64,000 nucleotides of DNA from Chlorokybus atmophyticus. Taxonomy: Eukaryota > Plantae > Mesostigma and Chlorokybus algae. The notes below the pieces were generated by a model that was given only the letters and a program-made list of their open reading frames with translations, did no database searches and was not told the DNA's origin. Of this stretch, positions 12,970-25,126 are shown in pieces. The stretch spans positions 105,707 to 169,706 of the forward strand of contig RHPI01002491.1 of the NCBI GenBank assembly GCA_009103225.1, in the 5' to 3' direction. The translations under genes and the position numbers were made by a program. Each line of letters begins with the position of its first letter. The first letter of the stretch is position 1.

Positions 12970-14878
12970 TTACACTTTGGGTTCAGTAAGCAGTGGTGTA
13001 GCTTCTACCGGTTGCTGCTTGGCAACGGTTGGTGTAGGGGCAACACCTTTATCCGAGGCCATGACCAAGCCATAATTAACCATGCCAACAACGGCGATCA
13101 AAGAGCCGCCTACGCTCCGAGGAGTGACACCTTGGTCGTACACAGTCCAGCCTAGCAGCAGAACCAACACAGTTTTTGTGTGACCAAGAACCTGATACCT
13201 GGTGATGTGTCAAGGAGCAGCACGGGAATAGCCATAATCCTCAGCTGGACTCCGTTCAACATGCAATGCACGCAAGCACTTGCAAGCAACATTCACTTCA
13301 AAGCGCAGCATGGCAAGGATACGAGACGGCATCAAAGCGCCCAATGCACAGGAATTGGCTCCAGTTGCCGAGCACGGCCAGCCCGCAAGAAAAGGCAATC
13401 ACAGTCTAAGAGCACAAAGCCCAAAGTCAGCGCACAAAATCAAGGCAATGACAAACTCTCTGTACGGACAGCAACCGAATCATTGAGTTGATTCAGCTGA
13501 ACAATGGGTGCTCACCATGGACGGCACACTGTGCTCGTACGCGTCAATACGCTTGCCAGTCAAGAGGTAATCCACAAAAGGGGCCACTGCAGAGATTGCA
13601 ATGGCTTGCAGTGGTGCTGTCTGCCGAATAAGATCAAACGACCCAATGCTGTATGTCTTTTGCAGGTAGCCTACATACTGCAATCAGGCAAACAATCAGC
13701 AACGCACATTGGTGACTGTGCTTCTGAGTTTTCAGTTGACAAAACTTCACAGATAACAACAGTACAGCAACAAAGTAAAAAAGAATCTTTAGCGCCCTAG
13801 CAGTGCAGCAAACACGAGCACAATCAACAACCAACATACATATGCGGCCATCAAATGCGGATGCACTGATAATCAGCACCCATAGTCATGTTGCATGGCA
13901 TTGTGGTGCAAAGTTGAACAAGCGACACTTACAATTTGTTGTACAGCAGTTGCCAGCACGGCAACTGCAGCTGTGAAAGCACCGCGCGCAGAGCTGGAGA
14001 AGTCAGTTACAGTGGAGATGGCGACGCCTAGCATGACAATGGCTCCCCAGAACTTTGCGCGACGCGAGTACATCCTAGATAGCCAAATGTACTCCATGAA
14101 CGCTGTGACTGGTATCATGGACAGCTTGGCTACCTAAAGGCGCAAAGATTGCGTGAGACCTAACAACTCGACCTGCATCCAGTGCTGTGACTACGAGCGT
14201 TGCAATTGGCTCAACGTGCTTACCTGATAGAAGCCCATTGAGTTCCAAAGCAAGGAAAAGTTCATGCCAATGATTGCACAGGAGGCAGCAGTCGCATACT
14301 TGGCCTTGACAATGAAAGGGACGCCGCCGGGGGTTTCAAAGCCCATCAATTTTGCAGCAAGCCCCGCCAATGCAAGAGTAATAAAGTGGAGAGCGGACAA
14401 ACACGTTGCTGCAAAGACACAACTAGTCACAGCAATGCCGCGCACGACGCCTCATTGTCCAACGCTGTACCAACTCGGACTTGGGTTGTGACACTCTGTT
14501 GGGACGACAACAGTTGCATGGGCCTGCAAATGCATGCAGGAACGCATGCATACGCAGGCTCATGCAACTGGCACTCATGTGAGTGCAAGCAACTCGTGCA
14601 AACATACATCATGATGCGCTATAGCGTCCCATGCTACCAAAGATGAACATGAGCGAGCATGCCCCCGTGCTACAATTGCATGCATCCAACTGGGGAATGC
14701 AAAACTTCTACTCAACAGGTCATTCCAATGCACACAAATCTCTCTCATGATGCTAACCGTAGATGAACTTGTAGTGCGACATGATCTCCTTGTTGATGAG
14801 GATGAGGCCCACCCCAGACGCCACATTGAGCAGCCATGCGGCAATATTCTGCACTCGGCGCTGATCCTCCAGCCCCAT
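12970..14878 (-). CDS. Nucleotide-sugar transporter, UDP-rhamnose/UDP-galactose (URGT/UXT) family; about 6 exons
   Basis: Spliced peptide: MGLEDQRRVQNIAAWLLNVASGVGLILINKEIM / ALHFITLA...GMNFSLLWNSMGFYQ / KLSMIPVTAFMEY...GVAISTVTD / YSIGSFDLIRQTAPLQA...FVDYLLTG / LAVLGNWSQFLCIGRFDAVS / YQVLGHTKTVLVLLLGW...EPKV*. GT-AG borders are seen at the exons checked. Confidence 0.88.
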
Positions 14879-15332
14879 CTTGCTTAAATACAGGATAGCC
14901 CTACCAGCTGCTCTCACTATCACTCTCTGCTCCCGTTCAAGTCGCCATGCCGCCCAGCTACTGCCACCAGCTGACGCCTATCCAGGCCTCCAGCTTCGGT
15001 CCACACTGGAAGCGCCCAGGATGCCCGAACAACCCAATGCGCCTTGCAGAACTCGAAGCACAGCACACAGCTTGGCCCAGAACACGCGACGAGAAGCGCA
15101 GCCCCGGCCTTCACGCCGCACTCGCCGCCACCACCACCGCCACCGCCGCCCGCCACACGACGACGTTCACACCAGGTTGCAGCTGCACGCTGTTTGCTGC
15201 TTGCTGTCCGGACTTGACAGTAGCAGCAAGCTTGTACGTCGCTGCTTACTTCAAGCACAAATCCCTGTACAAGGCTGCTTGCGGCAGATTGCTTCATTCA
15301 AGTACACTTGTGGGCTACTCCTGTCGCACAGC

Positions 15333-16821
15333 ATGTTGGCGGCAGTGGCGGGGGCGGGGGTGGGGTCGCTGTCAAGGGGGTTGGCGCTGGGAGCGTGCGT
15401 CGGGGTGGCGGCTTCAGCGTGCGCTCTTAATCGCGTGCAGGAGCATCAGCAGCGGCAGCTAAAGACAATGCGGCAGCAGAATGTTGCTGCTGCTGCTGCT
15501 GCTGCCAGTGCATCCTCCGCAGGAATGCCTGGGGAGTGGGCTGTGGTCGCGCAGGAGGAGCCGGCGCTCGTGGAGCGCAAAGCAGCGCTACGCAAGCATG
15601 TCAAGGCGCTTCTGAGGGGCATGCCTCCCGCGCAGATGAAGGCAGAAGGTTCCGACCCTCAAACAGCTGCTTTGCATGCTTGGTTTTGTGAGTAGCAAGC
15701 GTCGGCATGTTCACTTCTTCAAGCCTTTCATGGTTCATGATTCATGGCATTGAGACTACATACTGCCTGACCATTGATGAGAATTCCATATGGGAGCTGC
15801 CGTGCAATTGAATTCGTGCTGTGCACCCGTGCATTGATTACCCGCGCTTGGTGCTTGCAACCCCACTGTCACATATCTGCAACCAGAGCATTGAAACTGC
15901 TGCAGTTGGCGGCAACGGCTTTGCGCAGATGAGGCTGTGGTGCAGCGCGTCCTGGCTTCGGACCTCTACAAAAACAGCGAGCGAGTCGGGGTGTACGTGG
16001 GCTGTGCGCGGTTGCGCGAGGTCAACTCAGTGCCAATTGTTCAAGATATATTGCAACGCGGTAAGACAACCAATGCTGTTGCAGGCATAACCAGCAATGC
16101 TCATTTGTTGTCATGTCAGGCAAGAAGTGCTATGTGCCACGCGTGATGGAGCAGAAGGCGCACATGCGCATGCTTCGCATTGACAGCTTAGATGAGTTGG
16201 TTGCAAACTCGATGACAATTCTTGAACCTGAGGAGACTGATGCCGCCGCTGCTCCCCGATCTGATGGTATCGCGCATCCTTAACTTCATTAAATTGCGTA
16301 GGTAGCAAGCTGAACAAAATTGCTGTTGCTGCACAGTGCTGGATGCAGACGAGCCATTGGACCTGCTGCTTATGCCAGGTTTGGCATTCGACATGCGTGG
16401 ACACCGCTTGGGCCGGGGCGGAGGGTAAGCAGGCTTAGCAGCGTCATGTTGCATACTCACCATCATACACAACCAGATGTTGCAATCACTTGGTTGACAT
16501 GTAGGTACTATGATGCTTTCGTAGCACAGCTTAAGTCTCGTGCCGCAAGCCAAGGCTGGAGTCCACCTTCGCTAGGTAAGTGCCAGACCAAGCTTATCAG
16601 CTCATCTGCAATCGTATGTTGTCATTGATGTATTTATGAGAGTTGTGTGGTTCAATGGTTATATTGGGTGGTCCAATGGTTGCTCGTCTGCAGTGGCTCT
16701 GGCGTACAAGGTGCAAATTGTTGATGAAGTGCCAGTTGGCCCTCTAGACAAGCCCGTTGATGCCATCTTGACGGCAGACGAACTGCATCCTGTCATTGTA
16801 TCAGATTCTGTTTGTCACTAA
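15333..16821 (+). CDS. 5-formyltetrahydrofolate cyclo-ligase (MTHFS/5-FCL) with a probable organelle-targeting extension; about 6 exons
   Basis: [58 protein letters not shown] (the family signature); ALAYKVQIVDEVPVGPLDKPVDAILT. It is divergent from the URGT gene, about 450 bp away. Confidence 0.92.
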
Positions 16822-16836
16822 TGACGCGCTGGTGCT

Positions 16837-17050
16837 TGCCGTTAGACAGAGGAATAAGCGAAGCCAACTTGGTTTGCATCGTATTGACCTGTCAAGGTGA
16901 CAGCCCGCGCGCTGTAGACTGTTTTGTGTGGTATACCCCATCCTGTGCCGTTAGACAGAGGAAGAAGCGAAGCCAACTTGGTTTGCATCGTATTGACCTG
17001 TCAAGGTGACAGCCCGCGCGTTGTAGACTGTTTTGTGTGGTGTACCCCTT
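16837..17050. repeat. Tandem duplication of a 109-bp unit just after the 5-FCL stop codon
   Basis: TGCCGTTAGACAGAGGAA...GTTTTGTGTGGT at 16837 recurs at 16946. Confidence 0.9.
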
Positions 17051-20000
17051 CCTGATTTGTCCCCCTTGAACAAGACAGCGTTAGTGCTTGACTGATCTTG
17101 TCTTCCTTACATCACTGTACTGAACTCACATGGTTTATGCGCTTTGAACTGCTATGTCAGCCATCGAGTTTGTGTATGACAATCTAGAACTTTCATTAGA
17201 ACTAGTGCAAATTTCAATCGCAACTTGATGCAACGGGCGGTTGACGGCCAACAAGAAGTTGGTAGTATTGCTACGCATTGCCCCCCCCCCCCCCCCCCCC
17301 CCCCNCCCCCCCCCCCGTCCCTTTCTGGCAGAAGTACAGCCCCTAGTAGCAAAGAGGGGGTGACTCCGAGGGTGACTCTGACCCCTTGCAGCGTCACAGG
17401 TGGACTCGAACAGCGTAAATATTGCAGCTATATTGGCGATCAGCAGGGAAATGACTCGAATTAGCGACATATGCCTTATTTACGACACGTGTCAACTGCG
17501 TCGTTTACACGTGTTGCGGGCGCCTCGATCAGTGCGTCGTGTCGCCATTGTTGTTAACATGCGTTCTGCATTATTTTTTGTTGATTTATTGCATTAAATA
17601 AGGAGTTATTGCATGGTTCATGATTGGCGCTTGGTAAACTGCTAAGCTAGTAAGGGTCATGCATGCAACCCTCACTACCACATATTTCACGCACGCACTT
17701 CGTGCAGTGGGTTGGTTAGCTGGTTGGCTTAAGAAACTATACCCCCCGGCCAAATTTTGCTTGTCTTGCGTTGCTATGCACTTTAGCATGTTAGCCTATC
17801 GTTTGATCTTGCATCTTTTCTCATACCGTATGCATAACAAGCATAAAACCACAAAGATAACAAGCGCCAACACAGCCAATGGTAGTTAATAGACTATACA
17901 ATACAGTAGTGACACATACATTACCACCCACTCACTTCTGCAAATCGCTTTTGAGTTCAACCTTGTGCTACTGTGACCATAAAAGTCAACGTCATGCGTT
18001 GATTGATATTATTGACGTTTAGGCCCAAAACACCTTATGGAGCTACAACTCTAGCCATTTTATGATTAGTTTTAGATTGCAATGTATGTGTTACCACGAT
18101 AGTTTGCAATTTATGAGGACCGTTTATTCACTGTTAAACAAGTTATACAAGCCTTATATAGTGTCTGCCTCCAATCAAGCACAGCTTTAAAAATTGACAG
18201 TGTTTACACATGGTTTGTGCGTGGCCTGCTGTGTGAAACCAGGCTATCTTCTAACCGAGTAACACATGTTCCGTTCTATTCGAGTTTAAATGGAAGTTTG
18301 TGGTTTTTGTTTCGTCAGAAGTAATCGTAATGAAAGTTGTACAATATAATTGTTTCTGAACCTGGTCATTTTTCTACGTGCTTCGTGCAGTAACCTTATT
18401 TTCATCGCGCAATGCATTAGAGATATTTTAATTCGCGGTGGGGGTGGAGGTAGAGCTTGCCAGCCACTACACTGACAACGAGGATTGCACATTTTTTCTC
18501 TTACAAGTAAAATTAAAAAGATAAAAACCAAAATTTTTTTAGTGATTTTGCAACTTACATTATGCGTACAAATTATTTGTCAGCATAGTTTATGACTTAA
18601 ACATTAAGCTTAACAACATCATGCACCATAATAACATGTTAAATGAACACACAATTGATGATATGAGATGACAGCTTTACACCGCAAACAACGCAATGGT
18701 CAAACGTAAGCAAGCCGTGATTACTCACTTTACACGACCTTACAGCACTTCCTTTCGTAAGCTACAGGCTGATGCGGTGTTTTCAACCTTCGAAGTTGAT
18801 GTCTCTTTCGTAACAACGTCATTGTTGTACATTATTGTGAACAAATATTGTGAGATGTAATCACAGCTGTAACTTGCAAAATGGTGCAAATCGACCACAT
18901 TCTCATACACCCTATTTGCTTGCTTGCTTGCTTGTGGCCTGTTGATTGAGTTGAGTGTGCTTAGTGTGTTCCACAACTTTGTACTTAAGCGATACATTGT
19001 CCAAAAGATTTGACATCGTCAGCATTCAATTGTGGAGTTGATGTGTGGCTAACTGCAGGTGTAGAGGTCGATCAAGCCAGGAATGCTCGTTGGGTTGCGC
19101 TCACGTGGGATGCGTGACATGCTCCTATCCGTCACCGATTACCACATTGTGTGGCGGAGTGGTTGAGCCTACCAGGTAGGCTCAATGATAGATATCCGTC
19201 ATAGACCCGCGGCTCGAGAGCACCGTTAACACCCAATGACTCCTACGCTGTCGCGGTCACGCATGATCGTCATCACGCGAACGACTTGAAACTTTCAAGT
19301 CCCCAGCTGTCCTGATCAACTGCGACCCAACCACGACTGACGACCTGTCCTAGAGCACACTGCGAGCACAGCGAAGAATCTGTGGAGCGGCGGGGTTGCC
19401 GTTAAAAGCGCCCGTTTTACGCTCCATTCACAGTGTGAGCCAGGGTTGTAAGCCAAGCTTCAATTTTCCTTTTGTTTGTTTGACTGCTATCGAGTCAAGT
19501 CAAGCAGCAGTCCAGTTGTCAAGCTCACAGCAGGGAAGGGCAGCGCACGCAGGCGGCGTGGTGTCAGTGGTAGTGGTGAGACTTGGAGCTGCTAGCAAGA
19601 CGACAAGGAATAGGCGGCTTCTTCCGCGGGGGGGCGCAGCGGGGCGTTGTGGGGAGGGGTTGCTGGCGTCGTTGGGCGGGGCGGCCGCTTTGCCGGCCTG
19701 CGGGGCGCGCGGGTGGCCCGATCGTGTTCCGCGCGAAGCAACTGGCTGGCCACGAGGATGCTACCGTTGCCACCTTAGCCCTTGCTAGTGCGCTGCCTGC
19801 TCCGGTAAGGCTGCACGCTTGCTTGACCTGACACTGCTTCTTTGCCTTCTGCCCGCGAGCCGCAAGTGTAGCCAGTGATGTGCAGATTTGTGCTGGACAA
19901 AGCTTATCTTGGTTTCATGGCTATATGCCGCATTACATGTGCAGCTTTTCTTGTGGCATTACAGCTGGCCGCTGAACTGCCGCCCTGCGCTACATCGCCT

Positions 20001-20512
20001 TGCTTAACTACTGCATGTGCATGTGCTCCGTGCGTCAGTAGCATTAGATGGTTTGGTGCGACTGCATTTGTCTGCTGGTCAAGCATATGTTGTTTGCAAA
20101 GGGCACAAGCATGTCGAGTCGTCGTTCCCTTAGCTGCACAAGCTCACAGTCCCAGCCTACTTGTCAATGTTTGTCATGCCAAAGTCGCAGGCAAGCAGTT
20201 ACAGCCATAATGCACAACCATGTGCACCAGTTCAGTGTTTTCGTGGCAATAGCAGGCCTGCAGCATGCTGCAGGAGCTAGCAGTCACCTGCAACAAAACT
20301 CAAAAAGTACCTTTGAATTGTAATCCAACAGTCAAACTGGTCTGGGTCGTTGACTTATTGATGACTGTGAGCTGTCCGCGTTGCAAGCAGTTACCTGCTG
20401 TGTGCAGAGAGCGTGTGTTACTATCTGGTTGGCAGTGCGCACTGCTGACATGCCATATGTGCGATGTTGATGCTTGACGCGTGCAGGAACCGCACGCACA
20501 GAGCCCTGCACC

Positions 20513-22811
20513 ATGGTGGACTACAGAATTGTTCGGACATTATTATCATTTACAGCTGTAGTGTTGGTCCTCTTCTTCGTTCGCACTACATTGGTGTCTG
20601 ACAGCACAAACACCGACAGTATTGTGCCTATTGCTGGTATTTCGTTACTACGTGAAGGCCGGCGCATCCAGGTATGTTACGTTAGGTTGCTGCCGAGCAA
20701 TCGGTTTGTAAGTGCACGTGATCACAGGCAGTTCAAGCAAGGCTTGACTGTCCATGCATACAGTGGGAATTGCATAACTAGGTAGATATTCTTGCAAATA
20801 CTACTTGACGCCATGTTGCACAGCCGCCCAGCACTCAATATCTTGGAGAGTCGGCGGACGTGGTGCAAGACGTTATACCTGCTGCCACAGAAGACATTGA
20901 GCAGCATGAGTATGAGGAACCTGACGAGTCGGAAGAGTTTTTGGAGTTTGAGAAGGAGGAAGAGGATGAAGAAGGTGTGGTCAACAGCCAAGACTCAACA
21001 TTAACTGCAGCACCAGTTGACGATGGAGTTGACGGCATTGATGAGTCCGACACCGCTGCCGCTGAAGTTGAAGCTGAAGCAGATGAGGATGCTAGGGAGG
21101 ACGCTGAAGAACTTGCGGAAGCTGCTCGAGAGTCATTGGAAGACCTGGACGAGGACGAACAGGACGAAGATGAAGAGATTGAAGTTGAGCGAGTGGAAGA
21201 GGAAGCTGCCCAAGAAGAGGCAGAGCAAGACGAGGCAGAGCAAGTGGACGAAGTAGACCATGAAGGGGATAGCGCAGAGGAGGTGGACAGTGAACAGCAG
21301 CAAGAAACGGAAGCTCTCCTGCAAGAAGCAGACAGCCAACAACAGGAGATTCACGTGGACATCAGCGATTTGGATGAAGAAGCAGAGGTTGAGACGTTAG
21401 TGGAAGAGGCTGAGTGGGTGGCGAATCAGTCAATGCAAGAGTTCCTTCCAGTGCGCGAGTTGCTGATGGCCGACGCTCAGGAGCTATTGTTTGCCATCAA
21501 GGTTTTCACATGCAATCGCAATGAAAGCCTGCACCGCCTGCTGACATCATTGCAAGGTGCGGACTACATGGGTCATCGGGTCGATCTCGAGATCATCATT
21601 GACCACTGTGAAACACGCGAGGAAAGGTTGCAGTGCCAGGTACGCAAACGTCATGCGCTGTTTACTGAGCTTTGATGTGCTAGTGTTGGCACTCGAGCAT
21701 GCAATTGCAGCTGCTGAGTGACATGTGTTCTGCAGGCGCTTGCAACTGCGTTTGAGTGGGAGCACGGGCACAAAGCCATCCGTGTAAGAGCGAAGCAAGC
21801 TGGCTTACGTATCATGTGGTTCGAAGCGTGGTACCCGGTTGATGAGCAGAACATCGGTGTTGTGCTCGAAGACGACATGGAACTTAGGTATGAAGCCGCT
21901 CTGCTCCTTAGCAACAACATGCGCTCATATGGTCCTCCTTGGCTGGTTGAGTGTTTTGTGGAGAACTTAGGTGACGTACATATCCGTCAGCATGCAGCTT
22001 CTCAGTACTCTTGTCACATATCATCCATATGTTAGTTGCTCTCGTCCGGAACCCCCTGGTTTTGTTTGTTTGTTTGCTAGACCACAACTATTTCTGTCTC
22101 ATGTTTCTCACAAAACTGTACTTTGTGAACAGCAAGTTCTGGTACCGCTTTGCATACCGCGTGATCTCCAGCTACTACCTCAAGGAGCGAGATGACAACA
22201 TGATTGGCCTGTGCTTGCATCCGTTTGGTTTGCCCAATCTGCGCGAGCCGTTCTACAAGAGCCGCTCCATCTGCTCCTGGGGCGCTGTGTTGCTGCCCAG
22301 AACGTGGAGGAACTTCCTTACATGGGTGGACGAGCACATCGACAACAGCACTTACCGACCGTACCTTCCTCCTGGCACACAGCTGTCCTTCCATCGCTGG
22401 GGCAAGGTTAACTACTGGATGCGTGCCAACAAGGACGTGTGGACCTCGTGGTTCTACAGGTTCATTTACGAGAGTGGCAATCTCTTTACCATCAGCTACT
22501 GCCTTGATGACTGCTCTGTGGGCGCTGCAATCAACCACCAGGAGGCCGGTACCAACTACCCGACGACCATGGAGACCAAGTGGCAGCTCATAGATAAGGA
22601 CCTGACCGAGTATGTCCCAGCGCTGCCTGCGCTGAACCAGATGGACCTCAGACTAGACGGTTTACTCACTGTCGGACCCTGCCGTGCAAGCTCTTGCCCC
22701 ATTCTTGCCCAGCTGGATGGCGACCCCCGCGAGGACAACCTGCCCGAAGCCATTGCCATGAAGAAGCGCGCCGAGGAGCAGCAGCGGCAAAGGAAGGGCC
22801 GAGGCCAGTAG
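20513..22811 (+). CDS. Type II membrane GT-A fold glycosyltransferase (plant GT2-like family) with a long acidic stem; about 4 exons
   Basis: N-terminal TM LLSFTAVVLVLFFV, then a D/E-rich stem. Catalytic region: IKVFTCNRNESLHRLLTSLQGADY...DLEIIIDH; FEWEHGHK...GLRIMWFEAWYP...VVLEDDME (DXD-like); SWGAVLLPRTWRNF...VWTSWFYRF...NHQEAGTNY. Confidence 0.8.
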
Positions 22812-23290
22812 GTCGAAGGCATTGTGTGTCATAGAAGGGTAGGACATTGTTAGTTTGCGTATTCAATTGAGGCGTAGTTTGTTCACACGGCCGGGGCTGA
22901 ACATCGGGTGCACTAGTCACTGCAGGGCAATTGACTAGTGCATGTGTGCACGCCTAGTACTATGGTTGGTTCAAGAAGGTCGGGACAGTCCCTTGGTACC
23001 TTAACTGAGGGATATCAGGCGCGACATTGTTGCTTCAAGTGGCTACTGAGCCTGTTATTTGGCAACGCAGTCACGTGTGCACAGTGGGTGGTGTATTTTG
23101 CTCTCATGTGTCTCCTGCCTGCTGTCCAATGTGTCAACTAGCACACGCACGCACGCACGGACGCACACACGCGCACGCGCAGTTCAGCACTGGCAACACG
23201 CACACACGCTGCGGTACACTGGCAAGCACATCAGGCTGCCAACTCTTGGTCAATCGCACATTGCTAGCTGTGCATACACGTTGCCAGAGA

Positions 23291-24497
23291 TTACATGATA
23301 GCACATCTGTCCTTGTCTTGCGTCTCAGCAATCCCTGAAGTACCTTGCCCTTGCGCCCCTTGTTTGACAATCTCGGCGCGCACGACCTTCGCTGCGTTCT
23401 CCAGCTCACTCCTGCTCAGGGTCACGCCCGCCAGGTCTGCCGCCACGCGGTAGAATGTTGCAGACACGTTGTCTCCGGTCTTGGCAGAGCAGTAATAACT
23501 GCACCAAGGCATAGTGGTGGTTGTTGCCGTGCTCATGCACGAGACATAAACACTGGCAAGGAGAGGTTGTATCTCCCTATCCGTACCTGTACATGTTGTT
23601 CTCGAGGGCGAACTGGTTGTGCTTCTCCGGCTTGACGGTGCGGAGGTGGGTGAGATCGGCCTTGTTGGCAACGAGGGCGACATACGGCATCTGTTGCTGT
23701 TGTTGTTGTTGTTGCTGCTCGCCATCACCGCCCGGTTGTTGTTGGTACACCCGCTTCACTAGGGTGTACCAGTCGGCCAGGTTCTGGAAGGATTGGTAGT
23801 TGGAGATGTCGTACACGAGCAGCACCGCCTGCGCCCCGTACACGTAGTTGGCGAGCATCCTCGACCCGATCGTCTGACCCCCAATGTCCCACAGCTGGAT
23901 CCCAACGCCAACATCCCCCGGCAACGACACCTGTAAACAAATGCATGATATCAGCACCGTGGTCGTGTTGACACAAGTTCACATATGTGATTTACCTGGT
24001 GCAGGAAGAAGTCGACGCCTATAGTCTGCTTGTACTGCCGCGAAAAGTGGTCGTCAGCAAAGCGCGCTGCTATTGATGTCTTGCCCACGGCACCATCCCC
24101 CAACAGAATCACCTGTTCAATACCAACATACAGCAGTCTGTACCATTGCGCATACGTTCCATATGACAGCCATTACGCAGTGGCTGGCATCCATGCTACA
24201 TGTGCAAAGCGTTTGTCCCGTCGGCCACATGCATCCTTAATAAGTGCACATGCTGTAGATTGTAGGTGCGTCAGCATAAAGCAGCCCAAAGTAGAGCTAT
24301 CAAAGTAGAGCTATTATGTTGCGTCTCCCATGTGCCTATATGTGCATGCGTACAGAAGGCAACAACTTCTGACTCATGTATAGTGGAAAAGTGTGTGGAA
24401 TTGAAGTATGTCTATGCAGCAGGCCACTGCACTGCACCTTGTACTGGAGATGCAAGCCGTCATCGTCCTTGCTACTGGCATCAGCGATAGAGTCCAT
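23291..24497 (-). CDS. RAB28: Rab28 small GTPase; 4 exons
   Basis: [13 protein letters not shown]...[10 protein letters not shown] / [43 protein letters not shown]...ANKADL / SAKTGDNV...CAIM* (CAAX). The WDIGGQ and single-CAAX pattern is diagnostic of Rab28. Confidence 0.93.
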
Positions 24498-24976
24498 CCT
24501 GTCAGTAGTCGTTTGCTCGTTTGTTCGCATTCGAGCCTGTAGATGTGTGTGTAAATGCGTGCATATGCATGCGTGTGTCTCACTGGGTTGTTGGTGCCGC
24601 ACTTAGTCGCCTCAACGGTTATTCTTCTCACAAGCTTCTCTCCTCCATTGGTGGCTACGCTTATCTACAGAATCATCCAGCGAGCTTACCAGCAGCTGAC
24701 TGAAAGACGTAAACCGAAACCACAAGAAGCTAAGTGTCGATAAAACAGAGCTGCAGCTTTCAACTGCTGGCGCCTGTTGGGATCAAAGCTTGCCCCTTGC
24801 TTCTGGCTGTTCCCCAAAGCATGTCAGCAGCAACCAACCAAGGAGAGATTTTTCAAGACAAAGTCAAGTTGCTTCCCGATTGCCTCTCATCACACAGCAC
24901 CAAACAACTAGCCCTAAGGCGCCAAACCCAAACCACAGTGGCTGGCAGAGTAGTACAGCAGAATCAGGGGCATTGA

Positions 24977-25101
24977 TTAGGGTTTGCATCATCTTGCCGC
25001 ACGTGACACAGCTCGAGGGTGTCAGAGGGACCGTGTTCGAGGAACTTGGTGACGCAACGCGATACGTCTGTGGCAGGCGATTCGGGCCGTCATTAGGGTT
25101 T
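24977..25101. promoter_or_regulatory. Two telo-boxes (TTAGGGTTT) in the divergent RAB28/PRS promoter
   Basis: TTAGGGTTT at 24977-24985 and 25093-25101. The AAACCCTA telo-box is an established green-lineage promoter motif. Confidence 0.55.
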
Positions 25102-25126
25102 GAGTAGGGGCGCCGCAGCGACGGCG

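Noticed and set aside
17400-19000. AT-rich block as a transposase relic
   Set aside because: The short ORFs show no recognisable motifs and I found no TIR pair, so it is left unassigned.
19583-19831. Separate upstream coding exon for the glycosyltransferase
   Set aside because: The ORF starts at TTG and has no coding signature. It is more likely a GC-rich promoter or 5' UTR exon spliced to the acceptor near 20487.
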